Shown: positions 48,696-58,139 of the stretch, one piece after another | Position numbering within the stretch: the first letter of the stretch is position 1 | How the letters are laid out: the number at the start of each line of letters is the position of its first letter | Assembly (NCBI GenBank): GCA_964427615.1 | Contig: CAYRUR010000005.1 | Span: forward strand, 15,369 to 79,368 | DNA: 64,000 bases | Direction: 5' to 3' | Origin: an uncultured Gammaproteobacteria bacterium | GTDB taxonomy: Bacteria; Patescibacteriota; Microgenomatia; Levybacterales; GWA1-39-11 | The notes under the pieces: generated by a model | Database searches by the model: none | Seen by the model: only the letters and a program-made list of their open reading frames with translations | Told to the model about the DNA's origin: nothing | Program-made: the position numbers and the translations under genes

Positions 48696-50186
48696 ATGTA
48701 CTACTCTGGAAAAAGCAACGGGATAGCAAATACTACAGGTAGGGAGTATACTAGTGGCATGGTAAAGGCAGTTTGGGACAGTAAATCGGGAGGAGATTTT
48801 AGTGCCTCTTTTGATTGTTATATTGCAGAAGCATTGCTATCAGAAGGCTGGGCAGTTGGGACATGCGAAGAAGTAATGGATAGATACAAGGTCTCAACGC
48901 TTGAAGAGCTTGCTCAAAAACAGCAAGAAAAACTACAAACATTTCCTCGTCTAGAAAAACTTTTTTATGAAGTAGAAATGCCTATGGCCAAGATACTATG
49001 GCAAATGGAGCAGAAAGGTATTTTGCTTGATACAAAAAAGCTGCAAGCAGTTGGGAGTGAGATAGATAGTTTAGTGAAGTCAGCACAAGAACAGATAAGA
49101 AAAGAAATAGGAGATGAAATTAATATCAACTCTCCAACACAATTAGGTGCTTTTTTAGCGGAGAAATTGGGTATTCCATTAGGACGTACCAAGACTGGAA
49201 AGTATGCAACAAATGAAAGGGAACTATCTAAATTTAGAGAGCAATTTCCTATCATTGACAATTTGTTACTTTTTCGAGAATTGATGAAATTGCGTTCTAC
49301 TTATGTGGAAAGCCTTATTCAAAAAGTAGATAAAGACAGCCGAATTCATACCACTTATCACCAAGTATATGTCAGTACAGGAAGACTTGCGTCTTCCAAT
49401 CCCAATTTACAAAATATTCCTGTTTCATCTCCTATTGGACTCAAGATAAAATCATGTTTTGTGGCTTCTCCTGGATTCACGCTTGTTTCTTTTGATTACT
49501 CTCAACAAGAACTTCGTATTCTTGCACATCTCACAGGAGAAAAGGCATTGATACAGGCGTTTGAAGAAAACGTGGATGTGCATAGTTTGACTGCAAGCAA
49601 ACTTTTTGATGTAGTTCCTTCAGAGGTTTCCAAACAGCAAAGAACTATTGGAAAAACAATTAATTTTGGCATTATTTATGGCATGAGTAGTTTTGGCATG
49701 AGTGAAGGATTACGGATTCCTCAAGCGGATGCAGAGAAATTTATCCAACAATTTTATGCTTCTTATCAACAGATAAAAGGGTATTACGATACGTATCTAA
49801 AAAATGCCCGTATTCATGGTTTTGTTGAAACACTTTTAGGACGAAGACGATATGTTTTTGATGATCCTGGCAAGCATTTTATTGACAATGGTATGAAGCG
49901 GGTACTGATGAATTATCCGATTCAAGGGAGTGCTGCTGATTTAATGAAAAAAGCTATGGTAGATGTACAAAAAACAGTTCTTGCAAAATACCCTGATATT
50001 TCGCTACTTCTACAGATTCATGACGAACTTATATTTGAAGTACCTGATACGGATAAAAAGAAACTTATGAAAATTATTAGTGAAATAAAAACAGTATTAT
50101 GCTCTGTGTATCCACTACAAGTGCCTCTAGCAGTGGATGTAAAGATAGGAAAACAGTGGGGAGACATGCAGAGATTTGATAAGTAA
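48696..50186 (+). CDS. polA: DNA polymerase I, polymerase (palm/fingers/thumb) domain only; no 5'-3' exonuclease or 3'-5' exonuclease domain
   Basis: Family A motifs RRRYVFDD..., motif A DYSQQELRILAH, motif B RTIGKTINFGIIYG, motif C LQIHDELIFEV. ORF is 496 aa and the upstream 170 bp is non-coding on this strand. Confidence 0.8.
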   Translation: MYYSGKSNGIANTTGREYTSGMVKAVWDSKSGGDFSASFDCYIAEALLSEGWAVGTCEEVMDRYKVSTLEELAQKQQEKLQTFPRLEKLFYEVEMPMAKILWQMEQKGILLDTKKLQAVGSEIDSLVKSAQEQIRKEIGDEININSPTQLGAFLAEKLGIPLGRTKTGKYATNERELSKFREQFPIIDNLLLFRELMKLRSTYVESLIQKVDKDSRIHTTYHQVYVSTGRLASSNPNLQNIPVSSPIGLKIKSCFVASPGFTLVSFDYSQQELRILAHLTGEKALIQAFEENVDVHSLTASKLFDVVPSEVSKQQRTIGKTINFGIIYGMSSFGMSEGLRIPQADAEKFIQQFYASYQQIKGYYDTYLKNARIHGFVETLLGRRRYVFDDPGKHFIDNGMKRVLMNYPIQGSAADLMKKAMVDVQKTVLAKYPDISLLLQIHDELIFEVPDTDKKKLMKIISEIKTVLCSVYPLQVPLAVDVKIGKQWGDMQRFDK

Positions 50187-50205
50187 GAGGTAAAACTAAA
50201 AATAT

Positions 50206-50733
50206 CTACCTAATATCTATCCAGTATCTTAATTTTTTAGGTCTTCCTTCAGTTGTTGTAACTGCATTTTCAAAAATTCCCCCATTTGCTTCGATAATCT
50301 TTTTGGATCCAATATTTGTCTCATCACACGTAACTAATACTTTGTCTAGCCCGATTTCTTTTGCTTTTGGTAAAGCTAACTCCAGTATCTTTTTGCCATA
50401 ACCCATTTTTCGTTTTGATGGACGGATATCATATCCAATGTGACCACCTTCTTTTAATAAAAATTCTGTTAAGACATGTCGAATAGATACTCTTCCAATA
50501 AATTCACCATTATCAACAAGCCAGTATGTTGTCTGAGGAACATATCCTTCAGGTAAGTCTTTGCCGTCAGATTCTGATAGCAATTTTGAAATATATGAAG
50601 GAAAATCATTTTCTAACTCTTCAATGTTAAGAGAGTAAATGTTTCTTCTGTCAGCTACTTTTACAGCATGATACTCCTTTACTGCCTTAAGAAAACTGTC
50701 TTTGTATGTAATGGTAGGTAGGATTAACTGCAT
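50206..50733 (-). CDS. GNAT family N-acetyltransferase
   Basis: RKMGYGKKILELALPKAKEIGLDKVLVTCDETNIGS matches the acetyl-CoA binding motifs. Confidence 0.75.
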   Translation of the reverse strand: MQLILPTITYKDSFLKAVKEYHAVKVADRRNIYSLNIEELENDFPSYISKLLSESDGKDLPEGYVPQTTYWLVDNGEFIGRVSIRHVLTEFLLKEGGHIGYDIRPSKRKMGYGKKILELALPKAKEIGLDKVLVTCDETNIGSKKIIEANGGIFENAVTTTEGRPKKLRYWIDIR

Positions 50734-50802
50734 GTCCTCAATATATCAGAGTAGAGGCTAGAAATAAATAATTCATCATAAAGGTGGAGTATATACCAGT
50801 TT

Positions 50803-51675
50803 TTATGAAACACTTTTTAGAAAGTCTTTTACTGTTTTTATATAGTTTTCTTTTTCTTCTAAGTAGGCTGCGTGAGCGCTTTTTTTAAATACTTTTATTT
50901 GAGCATGAGGAAAAAGGCTAGCATAATACTGTGTTGTCTCAGGTGTTGCTTCATCGTACTTACCACAGAGTAACAAAACAGGAACTGTAATGTTGTGCAG
51001 CTTACTAGTAAGATCAAATCCTTTTAAATTTCCAGTACAATGAAATTCTGTAGGTCCCCACATGGTAAGGTAGACATCTAATCCTGCACCTTGAGCTGTT
51101 TTTTGCATTGGTTGTGGGAAAGGATCCATTCTGCAAAGATGTTTTTTGTAGAATGCTAGCGTTGCCTTTTTATACTCTTCAGAATCAGTGGTACCACTTG
51201 TTTCGTGTTGATTCAGAATGTTTTGAATCTTTAAAGGTAGCTTTTGTTTTAGTTTGTTGGCATCATCTATCCATTGTTTGACACTTAAGAAGGGGCCTGA
51301 GAGAATAAGACTTTTTACCCGTTTTGGATACTGCAATGCGTACATGACTGCTAGCATACTACCCCAAGAATGTCCAAGAAGATGCATATGATCAATGTTA
51401 AGTGTTTGTCTTATGGTCTCTAATTCATCAACAAACCTCTCTTTTTTCCATAAAGACTTGTCTTGTGGTCTATCAGATCTGCCACAACCAAGTTGATCAT
51501 AAAAGATAAGTTGGTTGTTTTTAGAAAGAGCATCAAGAGTCTGTAGTGCGTCTGAGGGAAAACCAGGGCCGCCATGCAGCATTACTAGAGGAGTCCCCTT
51601 TTTATTACCAACAATCTTGTACCAGACATTTCCACCCGTTACTTTGATATATCCTTCTTCAGTAGATTTAACCAT
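50803..51675 (-). CDS. pip: proline iminopeptidase (alpha/beta hydrolase, S33)
   Basis: LVMLHGGPGFPSD and nucleophile elbow GHSWGSMLA. Confidence 0.8.
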   Translation of the reverse strand: MVKSTEEGYIKVTGGNVWYKIVGNKKGTPLVMLHGGPGFPSDALQTLDALSKNNQLIFYDQLGCGRSDRPQDKSLWKKERFVDELETIRQTLNIDHMHLLGHSWGSMLAVMYALQYPKRVKSLILSGPFLSVKQWIDDANKLKQKLPLKIQNILNQHETSGTTDSEEYKKATLAFYKKHLCRMDPFPQPMQKTAQGAGLDVYLTMWGPTEFHCTGNLKGFDLTSKLHNITVPVLLLCGKYDEATPETTQYYASLFPHAQIKVFKKSAHAAYLEEKENYIKTVKDFLKSVS

Positions 51676-51766
51676 TATCTGATTATATCACTCGTTAAAA
51701 ATATTCTGACACTATGAAAGCGGTGAACTAGATTTTAAATTTTGTCAGTTTTATTAGATTATAGCT

Positions 51767-51810
51767 GTTGACAGTATTAGTTTATGTGCTAAACTATTTA
51801 TTAGTTAAAC
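51767..51810 (+). promoter_or_regulatory. candidate marR promoter/operator: TTGACA -35, inverted repeat AGTTTA-N5-TAAACT and TATAAT overlapping the marR start
   Basis: ttgaca at ~51767; agtttatgtgctaaact inverted repeat at 51778-51794; tgtataat at ~51794-51801 immediately before or within the first codons of marR. Confidence 0.3.
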
Positions 51811-52260
51811 TTGTATAATATGCATAACACACCCGATATAGAACGTCTTTTTAATACTATGCTGCAGCTTGGTAAGCTTGTCTCGCAGCAAGCTCAAGAG
51901 AGTCACATGCAGAGAACGGCAACCATGCTGCAATTTTCAGCGCTTCATTTTTTGAAAGAACAGCCAAATGTGACCGTAAGTGATCTGGCTCAATTCCTAC
52001 AGCTTTCAAGATCATCAGCTACTCAACTGATAGAGAGACTAGTAAAATCAGGTTTTGTACAACGGGTTAATGACAAAAAGGACAGACGTATCACAAGACT
52101 GGTTATAACAAAACTTGGTGAAAAAGAATTTATTATGCTCAAAGGAAAATTAATGAAAAAAATGCAAAAGGTCTTTTCAAAAATCCCTGAAAAAGACATA
52201 AAGGAGCTTATCAGGATTCACACAAATTTGGTGGAGACATTGAAAAAAGAACAACCATAA
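51811..52260 (+). CDS. MarR family transcriptional regulator
   Basis: wHTH VSDLAQFLQLSRSSATQLIERLVKSGFVQRVNDKKDRRITRLVIT. Confidence 0.8.
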   Translation: MYNMHNTPDIERLFNTMLQLGKLVSQQAQESHMQRTATMLQFSALHFLKEQPNVTVSDLAQFLQLSRSSATQLIERLVKSGFVQRVNDKKDRRITRLVITKLGEKEFIMLKGKLMKKMQKVFSKIPEKDIKELIRIHTNLVETLKKEQP

Positions 52261-52266
52261 CCATAT

Positions 52267-53583
52267 ATGAATAAATTAAAAAATAGTTTTACGTTTACTA
52301 AAATATCTATTAAAAAGTTTCGCAAAACAAGAACTCGCAATAAAGTACTTATTGTTGCGGGTTTGATTATGTTTGCTTTTGTAAGTATAAGGCAGATTAA
52401 AAATGCAAACGCTCAACCCTTGTATACAACAGTACCGGTGGAGAGAGGAAGTATTGTCCAAATTGTTTCAGAAACTGGCAATGTCGATACTGCAGGAAGG
52501 GCAGATGTGTACTCTGCTGCAACAGGAGTGATTGAGGAATTATATGTAAAAAATAACGATCATGTTGTTGTAAATCAAAATCTTTTCAAAGTTCGTAGTA
52601 CTGCAACGGATCAGGAAAAAGCGACTGCATACGCCAACTACATGAATGCTATGAGTGCACAAAAAACAGCAGAGCAGAACAAACAGAATCTGGATGCAGC
52701 TATGTGGGCAAAGCATCAGGCGCTTCTAGATGCAAGGAATACAAAAAACTATAAAGATGATAACAAGCAGAATCCCGCAACAAAGGAAGATTATACAGAT
52801 CTTGAAAAGCAAAGCATTGATACTGCCTTAATCCAGGCAGAAAAAAACTTTGCCGCTTCAGAGCAGCAATATAAAGAAGCAGATTTGGCTGTAACTGCGG
52901 CAGCAGCACAGGTAAGTGCAGCCTGGTTTGCGTACCAGGCAACACAAGATATTATTGTAAAAGCTCCTACTGCTGGTACTGTGGCTAATTTATCATTTAC
53001 CCTAGGTGACACTGTATCTGCAGCTGGCATGTTATCAGGGGGCGCTTCTACAGCACAGCAAGGGGTTGCAGAATCAAGACCTGTTCTTACTATAGCAAAT
53101 CTTTCAAATTATTCTGTAAAAGTCGCCTTAAATGAATTTGATGTGCCAAAGGTGAGAGAAGGACAAACGGCAGTTGTAACCCTTGATGCATTTCCGGGAG
53201 AAAGATTCCAGGGAAGAGTAACTCACGTTGATGCTTTAGGGACGAATAACTCAGGAGTTATTACGTATGTGGTAATGGTTCAAATATTAGATCCTGAGGA
53301 ATCAATTCGTCCTGAAATGACAGCAAATGTAGATATAGAAGTGGATAATAAAGAAGGAGTATTAACAGTCCCCAATAATGCTATAAAACCTTATCAAGGA
53401 AGCAAAGCAGTACAAGTTATTGATCCACACGGTAAAAAGCCGAAATACATTCCTGTTTCAGTAGGTATTAAAAGTCCTGAATATACAGAGATTACGAATG
53501 GAGTGTCAGAAGGAATGCAAGTGATAACGGGTATAAAAAATAATGCGCCAACAGTATCTAGTGGAGGACCTTTTGGGAGGTAG
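52267..53583 (+). CDS. HlyD/MacA-type membrane fusion (periplasmic adaptor) protein
   Basis: N-terminal TM, long coiled coil, beta-barrel and MPD regions (VKAPTAGTVANL...). Confidence 0.75.
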   Translation: MNKLKNSFTFTKISIKKFRKTRTRNKVLIVAGLIMFAFVSIRQIKNANAQPLYTTVPVERGSIVQIVSETGNVDTAGRADVYSAATGVIEELYVKNNDHVVVNQNLFKVRSTATDQEKATAYANYMNAMSAQKTAEQNKQNLDAAMWAKHQALLDARNTKNYKDDNKQNPATKEDYTDLEKQSIDTALIQAEKNFAASEQQYKEADLAVTAAAAQVSAAWFAYQATQDIIVKAPTAGTVANLSFTLGDTVSAAGMLSGGASTAQQGVAESRPVLTIANLSNYSVKVALNEFDVPKVREGQTAVVTLDAFPGERFQGRVTHVDALGTNNSGVITYVVMVQILDPEESIRPEMTANVDIEVDNKEGVLTVPNNAIKPYQGSKAVQVIDPHGKKPKYIPVSVGIKSPEYTEITNGVSEGMQVITGIKNNAPTVSSGGPFGR

Positions 53584-53590
53584 TCCTGGT

Positions 53591-54289
53591 ATGAAAAAGA
53601 GGTTTCCTCTAATTTCAATCCAGCAGGTAGTTAAAGTTTATGGGAGTGGCGATGACGCTTATCAAGCTCTAAAAGGAGTATCTCTTGATATTTACACAGG
53701 AGAATTTGTTGCAATTATGGGTCCTTCTGGAAGTGGTAAGTCTACCATGATGAATATTTTAGGAGCTCTTGATACGGTTACCAGTGGCCATTATTTTTTT
53801 AAGGGCAAGGATATCAGCTCTTACAGTAGTGATGAATTAGCGCACATTAGAAATCGTGAGATAGGTTTTATTTTTCAGTCTTTTAATTTACTTCCTCGTA
53901 CAACCGTGCTTAAGAATGTTGAACGACCTATGATGTATGCTGGTGTACCTGCAAAGGAACGTGAAGAACGAGCATTAGTCTGTCTTGATTTGGTTCATAT
54001 TAAATCAAAGGCATATAACATGTCCAATCATATTTCAGGAGGACAAATTCAGAGAGTGGCTATTGCGCGAGCACTGGTAATGCATCCTTCTATTATTCTG
54101 GCTGATGAGCCAACAGGTAATTTAGACAGTAAAACAGCCCATGAAATTATGGCATTTTTTCAGCAGTTGAATAGGGAGGGTCATACGATTGTGCTGATTA
54201 CACATGAAGATGATATTGCAGCATTTGCAAAACGGGTTATTCGCATAAAAGACGGAGAAATTGTTTCTGATACAGAAAATAAATCATGA
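53591..54289 (+). CDS. MacB-type ABC transporter ATP-binding protein
   Basis: GPSGSGKSTMMNILGALD, LSGGQIQRVAIARAL, ILADEPTGNLD. Start at MKKRFPL, ATG 53591. Confidence 0.85.
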   Translation: MKKRFPLISIQQVVKVYGSGDDAYQALKGVSLDIYTGEFVAIMGPSGSGKSTMMNILGALDTVTSGHYFFKGKDISSYSSDELAHIRNREIGFIFQSFNLLPRTTVLKNVERPMMYAGVPAKEREERALVCLDLVHIKSKAYNMSNHISGGQIQRVAIARALVMHPSIILADEPTGNLDSKTAHEIMAFFQQLNREGHTIVLITHEDDIAAFAKRVIRIKDGEIVSDTENKS

Positions 54290-55506
54290 ATTATAAAGAG
54301 TTAATTACATCTGCAATTGCTGCTTTGAGAAGCAACATCTTCAGGACGCTGTTGACGATGTTAGGTATTATTATCGGTATTTCTTCAGTAATCTTGATTA
54401 TTTCTTTAGGTCAAGGTGCTACCCAAAGTATTATGGGGCAGCTTGCTTTGTTTGGTACAAATACGATTTTTATAGCGCCAGGATCAAGTGAGGGAACGGC
54501 AGGACCTCCGCAGGGTCAGTTAGAATCATTGACTTATGAAGATGCACAGGCTATTACGGATGAAGGACAAATACAAAATGTTCAGGAAGCTTCAGCAATT
54601 GTCTCAAGGCCACTGCAAGTGAATGCTAATGGACAGACGGTTAATACTACGCTTCAGGGAGTAGAACCTGGCTATGCAGTCATTCAGTCATTGGAGGTAT
54701 CGCAGGGAGAGTTTTTAACAAAAGAAGATGCAGATAGCTTGTCTCGTGTTGTTGTTTTGGGGTCTAAGGTTGCTACTGATTTGTTTGGAGAAGGAGCTGA
54801 ACCGGTAGGTGAATCAGTAAAAATAGACAGCCGATCATTTAGAATTGTTGGGGTACTTCAACAGAAAGATAGTAGTGTTTTTTCTGATCCAAATAGTGCG
54901 GTTTATATTCCTGTGACTACTGCAATGAAAGTTGTCCTCGGACAGAATTACGTTTCCTCAATTTTAGTACAAGCAGAAAATGCAGACCTTATTAATCAAA
55001 CAGTGGATGATATTACTGCTTTGCTTGTTCAGCGTCATAGTATTTTTGAAGGAAAAGTGAAGGATTTTTCAATAGAAAGTTCCAAACAAGCATTACAAAT
55101 AGTTGACACAGTAACAGGACTTCTTACCTTACTGCTTGCTGGCATTGCTGGTATTTCTTTAGTTGTTGGAGGCATTGGTATTATGAATATAATGCTTGTC
55201 ACCGTAACTGAACGCACAAAAGAAATAGGGTTATTGAAAGCAATTGGAGCAAGAGATCGGGATGTATTAAGACAGTTCCTTATTGAAGCTGTTGTACTTA
55301 CTCTTTCTGGAGGAGTAATAGGTATAGTGCTGGGTATTCTGCTTTCATTTCTTATTTCAAGTGTTATTCATATTCCTTTTGTTATTTCATTTTCAGCTAT
55401 TTTTCTTGCAGTAGGAGTTTCATCTGCGGTGGGTATTTTATTTGGGTATTATCCAGCACAAAGAGCGGCAAAACTATCTCCAATTGATGCTTTACGCTAC
55501 GAGTAA
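54286..55506 (+). CDS. MacB/FtsX-family ABC transporter permease
   Basis: N-terminal TM, large extracytoplasmic domain, 3 C-terminal TMs. 406 aa. Confidence 0.8.
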   Translation: MNYKELITSAIAALRSNIFRTLLTMLGIIIGISSVILIISLGQGATQSIMGQLALFGTNTIFIAPGSSEGTAGPPQGQLESLTYEDAQAITDEGQIQNVQEASAIVSRPLQVNANGQTVNTTLQGVEPGYAVIQSLEVSQGEFLTKEDADSLSRVVVLGSKVATDLFGEGAEPVGESVKIDSRSFRIVGVLQQKDSSVFSDPNSAVYIPVTTAMKVVLGQNYVSSILVQAENADLINQTVDDITALLVQRHSIFEGKVKDFSIESSKQALQIVDTVTGLLTLLLAGIAGISLVVGGIGIMNIMLVTVTERTKEIGLLKAIGARDRDVLRQFLIEAVVLTLSGGVIGIVLGILLSFLISSVIHIPFVISFSAIFLAVGVSSAVGILFGYYPAQRAAKLSPIDALRYE

Positions 55507-55525
55507 TAGTACATGTGAGTTGCGG

Positions 55526-55792
55526 TTATATGTTTGGAGTTAAAGATGCTGTTACGAGTTCTTCTTTTTTGGCTTTTGTTAACTTCTTTAACTGGCTTTC
55601 TCTTCGCATTGCCTCCGATCGTGAATCATGTATTTCTGTATAAACTAGTTGGAAAGAAGAAAAGGATCTGACGTATTTTGATGATTTTTTATTTTTTCCC
55701 TGATGTTCTCTTATTCTTCTTATTACATTATTTGTCTGTCCAATATAGAGCGTGTTGGAAGAAGTACGTAAAATGTAGACAAAATAGAGCAT
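55526..55792 (-). CDS. GIY-YIG nuclease superfamily small protein (UPF0213-like)
   Basis: LYFVYILRTSSNTLYIGQTNNVIRRIREHQ. Start at MLYFVY (55792). Confidence 0.7.
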   Translation of the reverse strand: MLYFVYILRTSSNTLYIGQTNNVIRRIREHQGKNKKSSKYVRSFSSFQLVYTEIHDSRSEAMRRESQLKKLTKAKKEELVTASLTPNI

Positions 55793-55793
55793 A

Positions 55794-56333
55794 TTAGCGG
55801 TGATAGTAACTTTTTTGAGGTGAGAATATTTGTACAAAAGCATTGCGCACTGCTTCCTCAAGACTCACATCTCTAATAATCATTTTTTCAGAATATGTTC
55901 CCCATGTATCATCATTGTTAATCCTTCCCTCTTCCTTATCCAGTATGTTCATTACTTTAAAATGAGGGAGGTTTGTCTCATGCATTTTTCTAAGAATAAA
56001 ATCAGGCAGTTTTAGTCCACTAGAGTAACCATAATATTCTTTTCCGTCTTTATTGATAGCACACGCCCACGCTTCTTCAAAAATATGCCCACATCTTTCT
56101 ACTAATCCACTTTCAAGTCCCACAAAATATTCGGCCTCTGGTATTTTTGCTTTACATTCCAAAGCTCTATTTTTGGCACCTATACACGTTTCTTCGTTCC
56201 AGGGTGTTTCAGATACGAGAGATTTTGAGGGATGGGGGATAATTTCTATTTCTTTTTCTTCTAAAAAAAATGAAAGGGCTGATTTTACAACAGAAGCTTT
56301 TCTTTTGCTCATTGTTCCGAGGGCTATGTTCAT
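55794..56333 (-). CDS. YjjX-like inosine/xanthosine triphosphatase (Maf/Ham1 superfamily)
   Basis: SETPWNEETCIGAKNRALECKAKIPEAEYFVGLESGL...WACAINKDGKEYYG resembles YjjX. Confidence 0.6.
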   Translation of the reverse strand: MNIALGTMSKRKASVVKSALSFFLEEKEIEIIPHPSKSLVSETPWNEETCIGAKNRALECKAKIPEAEYFVGLESGLVERCGHIFEEAWACAINKDGKEYYGYSSGLKLPDFILRKMHETNLPHFKVMNILDKEEGRINNDDTWGTYSEKMIIRDVSLEEAVRNAFVQIFSPQKSYYHR

Positions 56334-56375
56334 AAAATGATTATATTACATTGCTATGAGCTTTACTATTTGGAC

Positions 56376-57137
56376 TTAAGCAGTCATTTTTTTAAGTGAT
56401 TTGATGGCTAGCCATACGCTGAAAAAGGCAAAAATACCCATGATCAAAAATCCTTCAATAACTGTTCTATCACCAAAGTTTCCTAAAAAGAGTGAGCGAG
56501 CTGCTTCTACTGCATAGTAGAAAGGATTGAAGTGAGCAGCAGTTTTTAACCATTCAGGAGCAAGAGAAATAGGAAGCATGATGCCTGATAAGAGCATAAT
56601 GGGAAGAAAGAGCGTATTAACCAAAGACGCAAGTCCAGTCTCATCTCTGGTAGCAATAGAAATGGTATAGGAAAAAGAGGACATACTTATTCCAATTAAC
56701 ATAACCAGAACCAACGAAAGAATTACTGCCATAAAAGAGACTTTTAATCCCAAAAGAAGCGCGATGACAAGTAAAAGAGTTGATTGTAAAAAGAGAGCCA
56801 CTATTTGGTTGAGTACAAGACCTAATAGAACAGCAGCTCGGCTTGTTGGAGTAACTAGAATTCTTGTAATAAAACCTTCGCGTATTTCAGGAATAAAGCC
56901 AAATCCGGCAAAAAGGGTGGAGATAGCGATGATAACAAGCATTCCTGGGACAAAAATCTGAGCGATCTGCCCTAGTGGTAATGCAGATGGACCGCCTAAA
57001 TTTTTAAGAAGCGGCATATAGAGAAGCAGATAGAGTACTGGTTGTAGCATACCTAAAAAGAGCCACACAGGAGATCTGAGTGTCTTTTTAAGGTTTCTCA
57101 TGAAGAGTAATTGTGTATCTTGGATCATTTTTATCAT
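56376..57137 (-). CDS. ABC-2 type exporter permease
   Basis: 253 aa, 6 TMs. Overlaps the ATPase gene start. Confidence 0.7.
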   Translation of the reverse strand: MIKMIQDTQLLFMRNLKKTLRSPVWLFLGMLQPVLYLLLYMPLLKNLGGPSALPLGQIAQIFVPGMLVIIAISTLFAGFGFIPEIREGFITRILVTPTSRAAVLLGLVLNQIVALFLQSTLLLVIALLLGLKVSFMAVILSLVLVMLIGISMSSFSYTISIATRDETGLASLVNTLFLPIMLLSGIMLPISLAPEWLKTAAHFNPFYYAVEAARSLFLGNFGDRTVIEGFLIMGIFAFFSVWLAIKSLKKMTA

Positions 57138-58117
57138 TACGCATTGCCTCCTTCTCTGAGTGATCTTCCGGTATGTTGTAAGAAAACATCATCAAGAGAT
57201 GGTTTTGATAATTCAATTGTTTGGATAGAGATATTATTTTTGTCTAAAAAGCGGAGTACATCGGCAAGTAACTTTTCTCCTTCTTTAACATACAAATGGA
57301 GATTATTTTCATGGTCGTACAATTTACTCACGTATTTTTCTTTTTCCATAAGCTTTTTGGCTTTTTGGAGATCTTTTGTATTATTTATTCCTACCACAAT
57401 GCTTTCCCCGCCAGTTTGACGTTTTAGTTCATTTGGTGATCCTTCAGCAACTATGGTGCCATGATCAACGATAGCTAGATAATCACACAAGTTATCCGCC
57501 TCATCCAGGTAATGAGTGGTTAAAAAAATAGTTGTTCCATCTTTTTTTATATCTCTAATTTCATTCCAAAAATGGGCACGGCTTTGAGGGTCAAGACCAG
57601 TAGTTGGTTCATCAAGAAAGATAATTGCTGGTTTATGAATAAGTCCAAGTGCCAGGTCTAGGCGTCTTCTTTGTCCACCAGAATAAGAGGTCACTTTACG
57701 GTCAGCAAATTCTGATAATTCAAATCTCTTCAAAAGATCTTTTGTTCTTTTTTCGGCTGTTGATTGGCTGAGCCCATACAGTCGTGCTTGTAAAATAAGA
57801 TTTTCAATTGCATTGGTACTAGTATCTGATCCTCCTGCCTGAGAAACGTATCCTATGTGTTTGCGGATTTCCTGAGGTTGTTTAAGCAGATCAAAACCTA
57901 CTACTTCTGCTTCACCACTGGTAGGAGTAAGAAGGGTAGTCAGCATTTGAAGTGATGTTGTTTTACCTGCTCCGTTGGGACCTAAAAACCCAAAGATCTT
58001 ACCCTTTTTGACAGTCAGATCAATGCCTTTCACTGCTTCGACAACGTCTTTCCCTTTTTTGGTAATAAACGTTTTACGCAGTCCTTTTGTAGTGAGAATA
58101 ATGTCGTCTTTTGGCAT
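57137..58117 (-). CDS. ABC transporter ATP-binding protein (DrrA-like)
   Basis: GFLGPNGAGKTTSLQML, YSGGQRRRLDLALGL, IFLDEPTTGLD. Confidence 0.85.
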   Translation of the reverse strand: MPKDDIILTTKGLRKTFITKKGKDVVEAVKGIDLTVKKGKIFGFLGPNGAGKTTSLQMLTTLLTPTSGEAEVVGFDLLKQPQEIRKHIGYVSQAGGSDTSTNAIENLILQARLYGLSQSTAEKRTKDLLKRFELSEFADRKVTSYSGGQRRRLDLALGLIHKPAIIFLDEPTTGLDPQSRAHFWNEIRDIKKDGTTIFLTTHYLDEADNLCDYLAIVDHGTIVAEGSPNELKRQTGGESIVVGINNTKDLQKAKKLMEKEKYVSKLYDHENNLHLYVKEGEKLLADVLRFLDKNNISIQTIELSKPSLDDVFLQHTGRSLREGGNA

Positions 58118-58139
58118 GGTTGGCTGTATATTATACTCA

